DNA of 46,103 nucleotides from Bacteroidetes bacterium GWA2_31_9 (GTDB lineage: Bacteria; Bacteroidota; Bacteroidia; Bacteroidales; GWF2-33-38): positions 1 through 46,103 of the forward strand of contig MEND01000098.1 of the NCBI GenBank assembly GCA_001768975.1, in the 5' to 3' direction. This document shows, in pieces, positions 27,738 to 37,655 of this stretch; within the stretch, counting starts at the first letter, position 1; each line of letters begins with the position of its first letter. Both the position numbers and the translations under genes were made by a program. The notes below the pieces were generated by a model. That model did no database searches. It was given only the letters and a program-made list of their open reading frames with translations, and was not told the origin of the DNA.

Positions 27738-29387
27738 TTAGTTTAGTTTAAAAATTATAGGCGACAATGGTCTATTTGAACCATCAGGTCCTGCAGCTTT
27801 AATATCATCAAAATAAACTTTTTGACCCTTTTCAACTTTTGCAATTAATGCTTTTTGATCAGGTGTTAAAATATTGTTTGGAGATGCTTTAATTTGTTCA
27901 AAACCTTTTATTGTTGCTGATACAGTAAATCCTTTTACTATAAATTTTAAATCAAAATCAAAATTTTCCAAATCTGCAATAACTCCACTTTGAGCTGCTA
28001 ATAAATTCTTAGCAATAACTCCACCTTTACTTCCAGCTACTTTAGCAACAGGATCAGGTACTCGCTTTACTCTGAATTTTGATTGTCCCATAGATTTTGC
28101 CTTCCCTTCTTCATCTTTAGCAGAAACACTTATTGTTGCTTCTCCTGCAGTACTTACTCTTGCTACATATCCAGTTCCTGATTTAGAAAGATTTCCTTGA
28201 GAAATTGTTGCAGAAACTTTATCATCTGTAAAACCTGAAACTGAAATATCCAAAGGATTATCAACGCCTATATACATTACGTTCATTTTTGTAGCAGAAA
28301 CCACAGCCATAGGTTTAGTAACTGTATATTCAATATCTTTAATTGGATATTCTTTATATGCTCCTGTTGGAGTTTTTACTTTTATTAATGCAGAATATTT
28401 TTTATTTCCTGTTGAACTACCAGATATTTCCAATGTACCAACACCTTTGCTAACTGATACAGAATCAATCTTGCCTGTTAATTCATGCTTTACAGTATCA
28501 TAGCCTTCACCAACAAAAATTAAAGGATTTTCAGTTGTACTGAATGCAGCAACAAATAAATCTGCAGTATATGAACTTCCTTGTACAATTACAGTTGACT
28601 TTGGTATAACTTTTCCTGCTAATGTATCAAATTTAAAATCTTCTGAACTAAAAGCTCCAAGCAATTCACTTACTACCTGTGATTCTGCATTTTGTACATT
28701 ATTTTGTAATTGAGACAATACCGTAATACAAGCTACAATTGGTAAGTGATAAAATTTGGATGTTGACCAATATCTATCAGCAGGATCTTCACTATTAGTT
28801 ATTGGATCCTTAGTATCAATTCCTAAATCACCTAATTTAGATTTTATAACTTCTTTAGTAATATCAGATAATCTTAGTTCCCTTCTATCAAACAGAGAAA
28901 TTAACGCTTCACGAAACTTATTAAGTTTTTCTTTAATTTCATTTGCAACTAAACTTGGATTCTCTGGTTGAGTACCATCACCTAAAAAAAAGTGAGTAGG
29001 AATATCATAATTATCTTTCGAATCAATTAGCATAATATTACTAACTGCTGTATCAACCATTTCTGGCTTTTTATCTGTTTCTAAAATAATTTCTTTTTTA
29101 ATGTCCTGAATAAAGTTATAAAGGCTGTCTGCCATTTCTTTAGCATCTTGAGCGGCTTTGTGAAAAGGCTCTACCTTAATTCTATTTACACTAAGTTGTT
29201 TGTCAAAATCAGCATATAATTTATTATTCTTTCCATCAAAAGCCTTGTTAGTAACTTCAAGACCATTATTAACTATAACAAAAGCATTTAGTATATCTTT
29301 GGATACATTAAGTGCTAACAGTGCAGTTAGAACTAAATACATCATACCAATCATCTTCTGCCGAGGTGTTTCTTTTCCGTGACCCAT
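27738..29387 (-). CDS. gldM: Gliding motility / T9SS motor-associated protein GldM (PorM)
   Basis: Canonical N-terminus M-x-GKETPRQKMIGMMYLVLTALLALNVS (single TM), long periplasmic region, about 549 aa. Confidence 0.9.
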   Translation of the reverse strand: MGHGKETPRQKMIGMMYLVLTALLALNVSKDILNAFVIVNNGLEVTNKAFDGKNNKLYADFDKQLSVNRIKVEPFHKAAQDAKEMADSLYNFIQDIKKEIILETDKKPEMVDTAVSNIMLIDSKDNYDIPTHFFLGDGTQPENPSLVANEIKEKLNKFREALISLFDRRELRLSDITKEVIKSKLGDLGIDTKDPITNSEDPADRYWSTSKFYHLPIVACITVLSQLQNNVQNAESQVVSELLGAFSSEDFKFDTLAGKVIPKSTVIVQGSSYTADLFVAAFSTTENPLIFVGEGYDTVKHELTGKIDSVSVSKGVGTLEISGSSTGNKKYSALIKVKTPTGAYKEYPIKDIEYTVTKPMAVVSATKMNVMYIGVDNPLDISVSGFTDDKVSATISQGNLSKSGTGYVARVSTAGEATISVSAKDEEGKAKSMGQSKFRVKRVPDPVAKVAGSKGGVIAKNLLAAQSGVIADLENFDFDLKFIVKGFTVSATIKGFEQIKASPNNILTPDQKALIAKVEKGQKVYFDDIKAAGPDGSNRPLSPIIFKLN

Positions 29388-29425
29388 TGTGTATTATTTT
29401 ATCAATTAAACTGAATTAAAAAGAA

Positions 29426-30463
29426 TTAAGCATTTCCTCTTGGAAAGTTCATGGCAGATAACATATTGCCATAAATTGTATTTAATGAAGCAAGGTTTTG
29501 ACCTAGTTTTGAAACTTCATCTCTGTATTTCTTAGTATCTTCAACAGAGTCTTTAAGGTTTTGCATCATTTCATTAACACCACCATATAGTTGTTCGGAA
29601 ACTTTTAATTGTTCATTTGTTCCTTGTAATTGTAGTTCATAAACGGCATTTAAAGCAGATAAATTTTTGGTAATAAAGCCTAATTGTTCAGCATAAGTTT
29701 TATTATTATCTATTACTGAAGATGAGCCAGATTGTAATGATTCAGCTAAAGTCTGATAAGTATTTGTAATTTTATTTCCAGCTTCGTGAATTTTTGAAGC
29801 TAATTCATTTCCAGAATTTGCTACTTTTTCTGCAACAGTATTTCCAACATTATTAAATATGTCGGCAACATTTGAACCCGATTTTGCAACTAATTCTGCT
29901 GCTTTAGAATAAGAGTTTGATAATTCATTTGCATTTTGACTTAATTCAGATGTTGATTTTGAATAAGATTCATTAAAATGGCTAAATGAAGAAGATGCTG
30001 TTTTAATATTTGAAACATATTCTTGAGTTGCAATTGATGCTCCAGAAATATCTGACATTTTTGAAGTGGTATCGCTTAATGATTGAAATCCTTTACCAAG
30101 TTTCTCAAAAGTCTCTGGTTTTAAATCAGCAGAACCTAACAAATCTTCAAATCTTTCTAATGCAGATTTCTTTTGTTCCTTTTTTTCTGGAACTATTTCT
30201 GTTAATTCTTCTTCATGCATACCCGCTAATTCTGGATAAGCTAAACTCCAATCAATTTCTTCATGTAAAGGTTCAAATGCAGAGAAAAAGAAAATTAATG
30301 CTTCAACGCTCAGACCAACAACAAGCATAGGTCCAGCTCCAGGCCAGTGCATAATTTTGAAAAGAGCACCAATAATAACCACAGATGCACCCCATCCATA
30401 AAGTTTGGCCATAAATTTTTTCCAGGCTTTACTTTCTACAAGTTCCGTCATGTTAAATCCCAT
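29426..30463 (-). CDS. gldL: Gliding motility / T9SS motor protein GldL (PorL)
   Basis: Two N-terminal TM helices with the conserved stretch KLYGWGASVVIIGALFKIMHWPGAGPMLVVGLSVEALIFFFSAFEP, then a cytoplasmic coiled-coil tail. An alternative start at the Met 4 codons in is possible. Confidence 0.9.
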   Translation of the reverse strand: MGFNMTELVESKAWKKFMAKLYGWGASVVIIGALFKIMHWPGAGPMLVVGLSVEALIFFFSAFEPLHEEIDWSLAYPELAGMHEEELTEIVPEKKEQKKSALERFEDLLGSADLKPETFEKLGKGFQSLSDTTSKMSDISGASIATQEYVSNIKTASSSFSHFNESYSKSTSELSQNANELSNSYSKAAELVAKSGSNVADIFNNVGNTVAEKVANSGNELASKIHEAGNKITNTYQTLAESLQSGSSSVIDNNKTYAEQLGFITKNLSALNAVYELQLQGTNEQLKVSEQLYGGVNEMMQNLKDSVEDTKKYRDEVSKLGQNLASLNTIYGNMLSAMNFPRGNA

Positions 30464-30523
30464 AGTTCTAAATTTTAAAAGTTTCTAATTAAAAGGTAAT
30501 GTAATGTAATTTATTTTTATTTG

Positions 30524-31954
30524 TTAATATACTTGAGAATATGATCCAGCGTCCATTTTGCTTCTGCCTAAGAATGTTTGAACACATCTAAAGCCAATGT
30601 ACGATTTAGCAGTATCTTGATATTCATAAGTCCTTGTTCCACATTGTAAATAGTATGCAATATCTTTCCAAGATCCGCCTCTTAAAACTTTTCGTTTTCT
30701 TACTGGAGGGTCATCTGGTAATGCATCATAAGTATAATCTGGGTTTAAATCATCTGTAAAACTTAATGCAGATTCGTCAAAAGCGTTTGCTGTCCATTCA
30801 GAAACGTTTCCACCCATATCATATAAACCATAATCATTTGGGTCATAACTTGCAACCATAACTGTATGAAAACCACCATCATCAACATAATTGCCTCGAA
30901 GTGGTTTAAAGTTTGCAATAAAACAGCCAGTATAATTTCGAGTATAGTAGCCACCCCAAGGATACATTGATAAATCTAAGCCACCTCTAGAAGCATATTC
31001 CCATTCAGATTCAGTAGGAAGTCTATAATCTTGAACAAATATTTCGCCGTTTTCTGCTAAAAATCCATTCATTAACTGAGTTCTCCAAACACTAAATGCT
31101 GTAGCTTGTTTCCAACTAACACCTACTACAGGATAATTATCAAAAGCAGTATGCCAAAAATACATATTTGTCATTGGTTCATTAAATGAATATGTAAAAT
31201 CTGTAATCCAACACAAAGTATCTGGATAAATATTTATAACATCTTTCATTATATATGAAGATCTATCTTTAATTGGAACAGTTTTTCCAACACCAGATCT
31301 GTCAATTTTATTTCCATTTCTAGTAACACTAAAATTAACTACATCTCCAGAGTACTGTTGCTCATCGAAATCATAAGAATGTCTTGAATTAATACCATCG
31401 TATGAAAATTTCTTTGCAGCTTGTTTTAAATCAATCCAAAAATACTCAAACATTAATTTTCTTGTATCTAATTCCTTTCTTCTATAAAATCTTTCTTGTG
31501 GAGGCAAATACATATCTTCAAGAATCTCTCTTTCCTCATCGCCTTGCCAATCAATAGTACTTTCCCAATTAATAAAAGGAGGATCAATTGCTTCTCCAAA
31601 TTCATCTTCTTCAATTAAAAAATCTTCAGGCATTTGCTCTCCAAGTTTTTTATATGCAATTGAATCTCTAACCCAATAAACAAACTGTCTGTATTCATTA
31701 TTAGTGATTTCAGTTTCATCCATCCAAAATGCTTGAACTGAAACAGTTTTTGACTGAGTTGTAATTGCATATGAAACATCTTGATCGGCTGGTCCCATAT
31801 TATAACTACCCATTGGAATAAATAACATTCCATATGGATCTGGCGGAAACCACTCTTCACGATTTTGAACACCAGTTAATTCCCCATTGCCCATCATACT
31901 ACAACCGCTGAAAAGTACAACTATTGAAATACTAAAAATTAGTAACTTTTTCAT
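30524..31954 (-). CDS. gldK: Gliding motility / T9SS lipoprotein GldK (PorK), FGE/SUMF1-fold
   Basis: Lipobox VLFSGC-S. FGE-type motifs (PVVGVSWKQATAF, WEYASRGG, YDMGGNVSEWT, LRGGSWKD, YIGFRCV). About 476 aa, immediately upstream of gldL. Confidence 0.9.
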   Translation of the reverse strand: MKKLLIFSISIVVLFSGCSMMGNGELTGVQNREEWFPPDPYGMLFIPMGSYNMGPADQDVSYAITTQSKTVSVQAFWMDETEITNNEYRQFVYWVRDSIAYKKLGEQMPEDFLIEEDEFGEAIDPPFINWESTIDWQGDEEREILEDMYLPPQERFYRRKELDTRKLMFEYFWIDLKQAAKKFSYDGINSRHSYDFDEQQYSGDVVNFSVTRNGNKIDRSGVGKTVPIKDRSSYIMKDVINIYPDTLCWITDFTYSFNEPMTNMYFWHTAFDNYPVVGVSWKQATAFSVWRTQLMNGFLAENGEIFVQDYRLPTESEWEYASRGGLDLSMYPWGGYYTRNYTGCFIANFKPLRGNYVDDGGFHTVMVASYDPNDYGLYDMGGNVSEWTANAFDESALSFTDDLNPDYTYDALPDDPPVRKRKVLRGGSWKDIAYYLQCGTRTYEYQDTAKSYIGFRCVQTFLGRSKMDAGSYSQVY

Positions 31955-31999
31955 AATCCCTCCTTATTTATATTAAAACAGAAAGTTCAATTTATTATT

Positions 32000-32953
32000 T
32001 TATAAAAATCTTACGCTTTTATAACTTCCCCTCTTTTTGTCAACACTTATATTAAAGCAATATCCAGCCATAAATTCATGAGATAATCTATTATAACTTC
32101 CAATCTTTGAAGTAACAACATCAAATGCGTATCCAACTTTAATTCCATTTTTCAATTCTATTCCTAACATTCCAATTATTGCATCACCTGGTCTATATGA
32201 AACGCCACCCCAAATCATTTTATTGTATATTACAGTAGCATTAACGTCAAATTGTGATGTAGAACCATCTGATTTAATGTAAATTGATGGTCTAATTTCA
32301 AACAATGGATTGTTTGGTAATTGATAAAAATATCCAGCAGTTAAATAATAATGACGCTTCAAAAAAGTACTATTTGTTACATCAAAACTCATTTTTGGCT
32401 GAGTTAAATGTGTAGATGATAAACCAACATATAAGTCATTTGTTCTATAAAAAGCTCCTAAAGCCATATCAAAAACCATGTGACTTGCGTTTGTTGCTGG
32501 AATTGAAGGATCGCTTTCACTTGTACCTCCACCAGCTAAATCAGTTGGAGTAATCCACTTTTCTACATCGTATGATTTATTAAGTAATCCCAAATTAAGT
32601 CCAATCCCTAGTTTCCCATCACCTAAGTCAAGCTTATAAGCATAAGCTACTTTAAGAGTAACATTTTTTTCATTTCCTATTCTATCGTTTAATACCGATA
32701 ATCCTACGCCGCTATTTATCATCTTTATTGGAGCGTCAACATTAAAAACTGTTGACATAGGGTATCCATCAAAGCCCATCCATTGATGTCGATTGATTGC
32801 AGTAGCACATATTGCATCGTTACTGCCAGCATATCCAGGATTAACATACAGTTGATTAAACATATTATAGCTAAACTGTGCATCTTGTTGTGCAGACACA
32901 ATTGTAGATATAGTCAACATTATTAATGTTGAAACTAGGGCTAATTTGTTCAT
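32000..32953 (-). CDS. porP: PorP/SprF-family T9SS outer-membrane protein, in the porP position ahead of gldK
   Basis: Signal peptide plus AQQDAQFSYNMFNQLYVNPGYAGS signature. C-terminal ..SHEFMAGYCF. 45 nt upstream of gldK on the same strand, as in porP-porKLMN operons. Confidence 0.8.
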   Translation of the reverse strand: MNKLALVSTLIMLTISTIVSAQQDAQFSYNMFNQLYVNPGYAGSNDAICATAINRHQWMGFDGYPMSTVFNVDAPIKMINSGVGLSVLNDRIGNEKNVTLKVAYAYKLDLGDGKLGIGLNLGLLNKSYDVEKWITPTDLAGGGTSESDPSIPATNASHMVFDMALGAFYRTNDLYVGLSSTHLTQPKMSFDVTNSTFLKRHYYLTAGYFYQLPNNPLFEIRPSIYIKSDGSTSQFDVNATVIYNKMIWGGVSYRPGDAIIGMLGIELKNGIKVGYAFDVVTSKIGSYNRLSHEFMAGYCFNISVDKKRGSYKSVRFL

Positions 32954-33195
32954 ATTGAGCTTTTTAGGTCTGTTTTTTTCAATATAAAATCTATTTTAAA
33001 ACACGTAAAATAAACAAATAAATTCATTATAACCAAATTTTATTAACAATTTCTGTTAATAAGTTCAAACTAAATTTAAACACTATTACGAGATATAAAT
33101 AATAAAAGTTCTGTTTTGTCAAATGTTTTTTTAAATTTAATTTTTACTAAAGTATATTTTTTATTGATAAACTCTGCAATTTTAGATATAAAAAA

Positions 33196-34326
33196 TTAAT
33201 TAATTTTTTGGTAAGTAAGCCACCACTTGTCTGGCAATTCATGGTTACAAGCCTTTAAGTAGTCATTATAAGAACATGATACAATTAAATTTCTGTCTTT
33301 TATTTTTTGGTATGGAATTTCAAACCACCATCTGTCTGTTTTTAGGCTTTTAAAAAAAACAACATTATATTCATTATTAATATGTACTATAAATTTTTTA
33401 TAATTTGAATTATCTGTGGTTGGATATTCTACTTGTTTCTGTGATATGCCTTCAATAAAATACCAAATCATTTGTGCAGCAAGTATATAAGTTTGGCTAT
33501 TATCAGTATTATTTCCGATTAAATCGAATAAGCTATATGCTAAAAGTTTATCGCTTAATCCTGAATATTTTGCTATTTGACATGCCTCATCTCCTGAAAA
33601 TCCATTTGGAGAAGAAAATAAACTTAATCTAGCATCACTTGATTTAATAGTATTAAAACTGAAATTGATTAATTCAGCATCTCTAAGTATTGGTTCAATT
33701 TCTTTAATGTTTGACCGAACTAGTCCTAAACGAAAATAATCAAAATAATAATTACTAAGCTCTTCAAGGCTTTTTTGACTTTGAATGTACGACTGGTAAC
33801 CAATGTTGGTATAATTAAATAAGTATTTACTTCCTGAATCAATTATTTTTGACAGATACGACTGTTTATATTCGTCATTATCAGCTATATGAATTTTTGA
33901 TTCGATAGATGCAATGTTTACAAATTTTTGAATTTTATCAAAGGCAAGGTAAATCCCATATATTCCATTCTGATTTCCACCAATTATTATTGGAATAATA
34001 TTTTTCTCGTATAAATATATTATAACATCTCTAATTCCTATATGAGTATCATTGATTGTTTTCCCATTTCGAAAATTTCCTAAATCAATTATTTTTACAT
34101 TGTTATAATAACTTTCAAGTGAATAAAGATGTTGTCTTATTGAGTTTGAAACAGAATAATCATCGTTAATAAAATCGTTACTAAAACCAATTATAGCAAG
34201 ATTTGAATTATCTATATAAGATTGATTGTTATCGTATTGAAAAATAGATTTTCCTAATGAGCTATCATGCAAAAGACTATACAGATGCGATTCTGTTGGA
34301 ATGAAATAATCTTCTAATAATATCAT
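33196..34326 (-). CDS. Arginase/formimidoylglutamase-fold protein with substituted metal-binding motifs (probable pseudoenzyme)
   Basis: Ureohydrolase-like spacing of three motif positions, all altered: IIIGGNQNG where GGDHS is expected, NIASIESKIHI where DAHxD is expected, FSFNTIKSSDA where SxDxDxxDP is expected. Extra ~80-aa W-rich C-terminal extension. Confidence 0.45.
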   Translation of the reverse strand: MILLEDYFIPTESHLYSLLHDSSLGKSIFQYDNNQSYIDNSNLAIIGFSNDFINDDYSVSNSIRQHLYSLESYYNNVKIIDLGNFRNGKTINDTHIGIRDVIIYLYEKNIIPIIIGGNQNGIYGIYLAFDKIQKFVNIASIESKIHIADNDEYKQSYLSKIIDSGSKYLFNYTNIGYQSYIQSQKSLEELSNYYFDYFRLGLVRSNIKEIEPILRDAELINFSFNTIKSSDARLSLFSSPNGFSGDEACQIAKYSGLSDKLLAYSLFDLIGNNTDNSQTYILAAQMIWYFIEGISQKQVEYPTTDNSNYKKFIVHINNEYNVVFFKSLKTDRWWFEIPYQKIKDRNLIVSCSYNDYLKACNHELPDKWWLTYQKIN

Positions 34327-34339
34327 TTTATTATATTGT

Positions 34340-36628
34340 CTATTTTACTTTTTCACCCACTAACTCTAAGCATTGAGAATATGTGATTTCTTCTGCTTTT
34401 AAGTCTTTAGGGATTTTAAAGTTTTTCTTTTTATAAGAAATATAAGCACCCCAGCGTCCTGCTAATACTTTAAGTTCTTTGTTTTCTGGAAATTCTTTAA
34501 TTGTTTTTTTCGATGCTTTATCAATTTTTTCAATTATAATTTCAATGGTTCGTTCAATAGTAATTGTCATTGGGTCGTCTTCTTTTCCCAGAGAATAAAA
34601 TCCACCATCATATTTAGCATAAGGACCAAATCGTCCAATTCCAATTGTAACAATTTTATCATTATAAGTTCCAACTTCTCGAGGCAATTTGAAAAGGCTT
34701 AAAGCTTCTTCTAATGTAATTGTTTGTATCAATTGACCTTTAAGTAAACTTGCAAATTTTGGTTTTTCTTCTTCGTTGTTTTCGCCAATTTGAATCATTG
34801 GTCCGTATCTGCCAATTTTTGCATAAACGGTTTTTCCATTTGGGTCTTCACCAAGAATTCTTTCCCCTTTTGCTTTTTCTGATACAGTTTGAGTATTATC
34901 AACTTTGGCATGAAAAGGTTTGTAGAATTTATCAATCATTTTTTGCCATTGCAATTTTCCTTCAGCAATTTCATCAAATTCGGCTTCTACTGAAGCTGTA
35001 AAATTATAATCTAATATATCGGCAAAATATTCTACTAAAAAATCATTTACAACGATTCCAATATCTGTTGGAAAAAGTTTAGATTTTTCTTTTCCGGCAG
35101 TTTCTGTTTTAACCTCTTCTTTTAAAGATTTTCCGGTAAGAGTTAACATATTGTAATTACGATCAACACCTGTGCGGTCTTCTTTAATTACATAACCACG
35201 ATTTTGAATTGTTGAAATTGTTGGAGCATAAGTAGATGGTCTTCCAATTCCCAAGTCTTCCATTTTCTTAACTAGGCTAGCTTCTGTATATCTTGCTGGA
35301 TAATGTGTATATTTTTCGGTTGCTGTAATTTTTTTACAATTTAATTCGGCACCTTTTAATAATTCAGGTAATAGAGTTTCGTCGTTTTCTTCTTTTTCTT
35401 CATCAGTTGATTCGAGATAAACTTTAAGAAAACCATCAAATTTTAATACTTCACCAGATGCTACAAATTTTTCTTTTTGATTTGAGATATTAATATTAGC
35501 TGTAGTTTTTTCAAATTTAGCATCGCTCATTTGAGATGCCAAAGTACGTTTCCAGATTAAATCGTATAGTCTTTGCTCGTTTGAGGGTCCGGTAATATTT
35601 TTATTCGATAAATATGTTGGTCTAATTGCCTCGTGAGCTTCTTGAGCACCTTTACTTTTAGTTACAAATGTTCTTTTATGAGCATAGTTTTCACCAAAAG
35701 AGGATTTTATTTCGCTAAGTGCTGCTGCAACTGCCGATTCTGCTAGATTTAATGAGTCAGTTCTCATATAAGTAATATGACCTGCTTCATATAATTTTTG
35801 TGCAACAGTCATTGTTTGTGAAACAGAAAATCCCAATTTTCTTCCAGCTTCTTGTTGTAAAGTAGAGGTTGTAAATGGTGGAGCTGGTGATTTTTTTGAA
35901 GGTTGAGTAACTACGTCATCTACATTGAAAATGGAATCTTTACATTTTTCCAGAAAGTTTTTAGCATCATCTTTCGATGTGAATTTTGTATTTAATTCGG
36001 CTTTAAATTCTTTTTTTGCTTTATCTGTAGAAACTGTAAATATTGCTATAACCCTGTATGATGATGTTGAATTGAAAACTTGAATTTCTTTTTCTCTTTC
36101 AACAATTAATCTTACTGAAACAGATTGAACACGTCCAGCAGATAATGCTGGTTTTATCTTTTTCCATAGTAGTGGAGATAATTCAAATCCAACAAGTCTG
36201 TCCAATATTCTTCTAGCTTGTTGAGCATCAACAAGATCTTTGTTTATTTTTCGTGGATTTGCAACAGCTTTTTTAATAGCTTCTTTTGTAATTTCGTGAA
36301 AAACAATTCTTTGAGTTTTTTCTTGTGGAATTTTCAATGCTTCACATAAATGCCATGAAATTGCTTCTCCTTCACGGTCCTCATCGGAAGCAAGCCAAAC
36401 AACTTTTGCTTCTTTTGCATATTTAGTCAATTCAGTTACTAACTTTTTTTTGTCGGCAGGAACTTCATAAATAGGTTCATAGTTTTTATCTATTTTAATA
36501 CCATTCTCTTTTTTTGATAAATCTCTAATATGACCAAAACATGATTTTACTAAAAAATCTTTTCCTAAAAATGTTTGAATTGTTTTGGCTTTTGCAGGGG
36601 ACTCAACTATTACTAAATTTTCTTCCAT
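34340..36628 (-). CDS. topA: DNA topoisomerase I
   Basis: Toprim N-terminus LVIVESPAKAKTIQTFLG..., EGEAISWH, active-site tyrosine context GHITYMRTDS. About 762 aa. Confidence 0.95.
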   Translation of the reverse strand: MEENLVIVESPAKAKTIQTFLGKDFLVKSCFGHIRDLSKKENGIKIDKNYEPIYEVPADKKKLVTELTKYAKEAKVVWLASDEDREGEAISWHLCEALKIPQEKTQRIVFHEITKEAIKKAVANPRKINKDLVDAQQARRILDRLVGFELSPLLWKKIKPALSAGRVQSVSVRLIVEREKEIQVFNSTSSYRVIAIFTVSTDKAKKEFKAELNTKFTSKDDAKNFLEKCKDSIFNVDDVVTQPSKKSPAPPFTTSTLQQEAGRKLGFSVSQTMTVAQKLYEAGHITYMRTDSLNLAESAVAAALSEIKSSFGENYAHKRTFVTKSKGAQEAHEAIRPTYLSNKNITGPSNEQRLYDLIWKRTLASQMSDAKFEKTTANINISNQKEKFVASGEVLKFDGFLKVYLESTDEEKEENDETLLPELLKGAELNCKKITATEKYTHYPARYTEASLVKKMEDLGIGRPSTYAPTISTIQNRGYVIKEDRTGVDRNYNMLTLTGKSLKEEVKTETAGKEKSKLFPTDIGIVVNDFLVEYFADILDYNFTASVEAEFDEIAEGKLQWQKMIDKFYKPFHAKVDNTQTVSEKAKGERILGEDPNGKTVYAKIGRYGPMIQIGENNEEEKPKFASLLKGQLIQTITLEEALSLFKLPREVGTYNDKIVTIGIGRFGPYAKYDGGFYSLGKEDDPMTITIERTIEIIIEKIDKASKKTIKEFPENKELKVLAGRWGAYISYKKKNFKIPKDLKAEEITYSQCLELVGEKVK

Positions 36629-36839
36629 CTGTATTTATTTTAAAGCCACAAAATAAAGCAATTACAAATCGCTCTGCAAATTTTTAATTTTTTAAATGTA
36701 TCAAGCAGATGTAAAAACAATATTTTACACATTTGTATTCGATTGAAAATAAGTTTTTTAAGTTGTGTTAAAATTATTATTTAAAAGTTAAAAGAATTAA
36801 TTTTTGACCATACAATATTATTATATACTTAAAATTTCC

Positions 36840-36847
36840 TATCTTTG
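36840..36847 (+). promoter_or_regulatory. Candidate -7 box TATCTTTG upstream of sufC
   Basis: Exact TAnnTTTG match, 27 nt before the ATG at 36875. The nearest TTTG upstream (36803-36806) is too far for a canonical -33 element. Confidence 0.3.
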
Positions 36848-36874
36848 TTCTTATTTAGATTAAATACATATAAG

Positions 36875-37624
36875 ATGCTTAAGATAGTTGATTTACACGC
36901 AAATATTAATGAAAAAGAAATTCTTAGAGGAATAAATCTTGAGATTAAAGCTGGTGAGGTTCATGCTATTATGGGACCAAATGGTTCAGGAAAAAGTACA
37001 TTAGCAGCTGTTTTAGCAGGGCGAGAAATTTTTAATGTAACTAAAGGAGAAGTTATTTTTAATGGTAAAAATCTTTTAGAACTGAGTCCAGAAGATAGAG
37101 CAAGAGAGGGAATATTTCTTGGATTCCAGTACCCAATTGAGATTCCGGGAGTGAGTATGGTAAGTTTTATGAAAACTGCTGTGAACGAAGCCAGAAAATA
37201 TAAAAACCTTCCTGCTTATTCTTCTTCAGATTTTTTGAAATTAATGCGTGAAAAAACAGCATTAGTTGAAATTGATTCAAAACTAACAAATAGGTCTGTA
37301 AATGAAGGTTTTTCGGGTGGTGAAAAAAAGAAAAACGAAATTTTCCAAATGGCAATGCTTGAGCCAAAACTTGCAATTCTTGACGAAACCGATTCAGGAT
37401 TAGATATTGATGCTTTACGAATAGTTTCAAATGGCGTAAACAAGCTTAAGAACAAAGACAATGCAACTGTTGTTATTACTCACTATCAAAGACTTTTAGA
37501 TTATATTGTGCCTGATTTTGTTCATATTTTATATAATGGAAGAATTGTAAAATCGAGCGGAAAAGAACTCGCATTAGAGCTTGAGGAAAGAGGATACGAC
37601 TGGATTAAAAAAGGAGAGGTTTAA
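36875..37624 (+). CDS. sufC: Fe-S cluster assembly ATPase SufC
   Basis: MLKIVDLHANI... N-terminus from the ATG at 36875 (the track's TTG at 36845 adds 10 unlikely codons). Walker A GPNGSGKST, signature FSGGEKKKNE, Walker B LAILDETDSGLD, H-loop ITHY. Confidence 0.95.
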   Translation: MLKIVDLHANINEKEILRGINLEIKAGEVHAIMGPNGSGKSTLAAVLAGREIFNVTKGEVIFNGKNLLELSPEDRAREGIFLGFQYPIEIPGVSMVSFMKTAVNEARKYKNLPAYSSSDFLKLMREKTALVEIDSKLTNRSVNEGFSGGEKKKNEIFQMAMLEPKLAILDETDSGLDIDALRIVSNGVNKLKNKDNATVVITHYQRLLDYIVPDFVHILYNGRIVKSSGKELALELEERGYDWIKKGEV

Positions 37625-37655
37625 GAATGTTTGTTAGTTTGTTTTATGACATTAT

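Noticed and set aside
25322-35001. Short opposite-strand or overlapping ORFs within sprE, gldM, gldL, gldK and topA (25322-25507, 28756-28971, 29200-29382, 30010-30330, 30763-30954, 31615-31872, 34750-35001)
   Set aside because: Each is nested inside a gene with clear family motifs. AT-rich genomes generate such stop-free antisense stretches.
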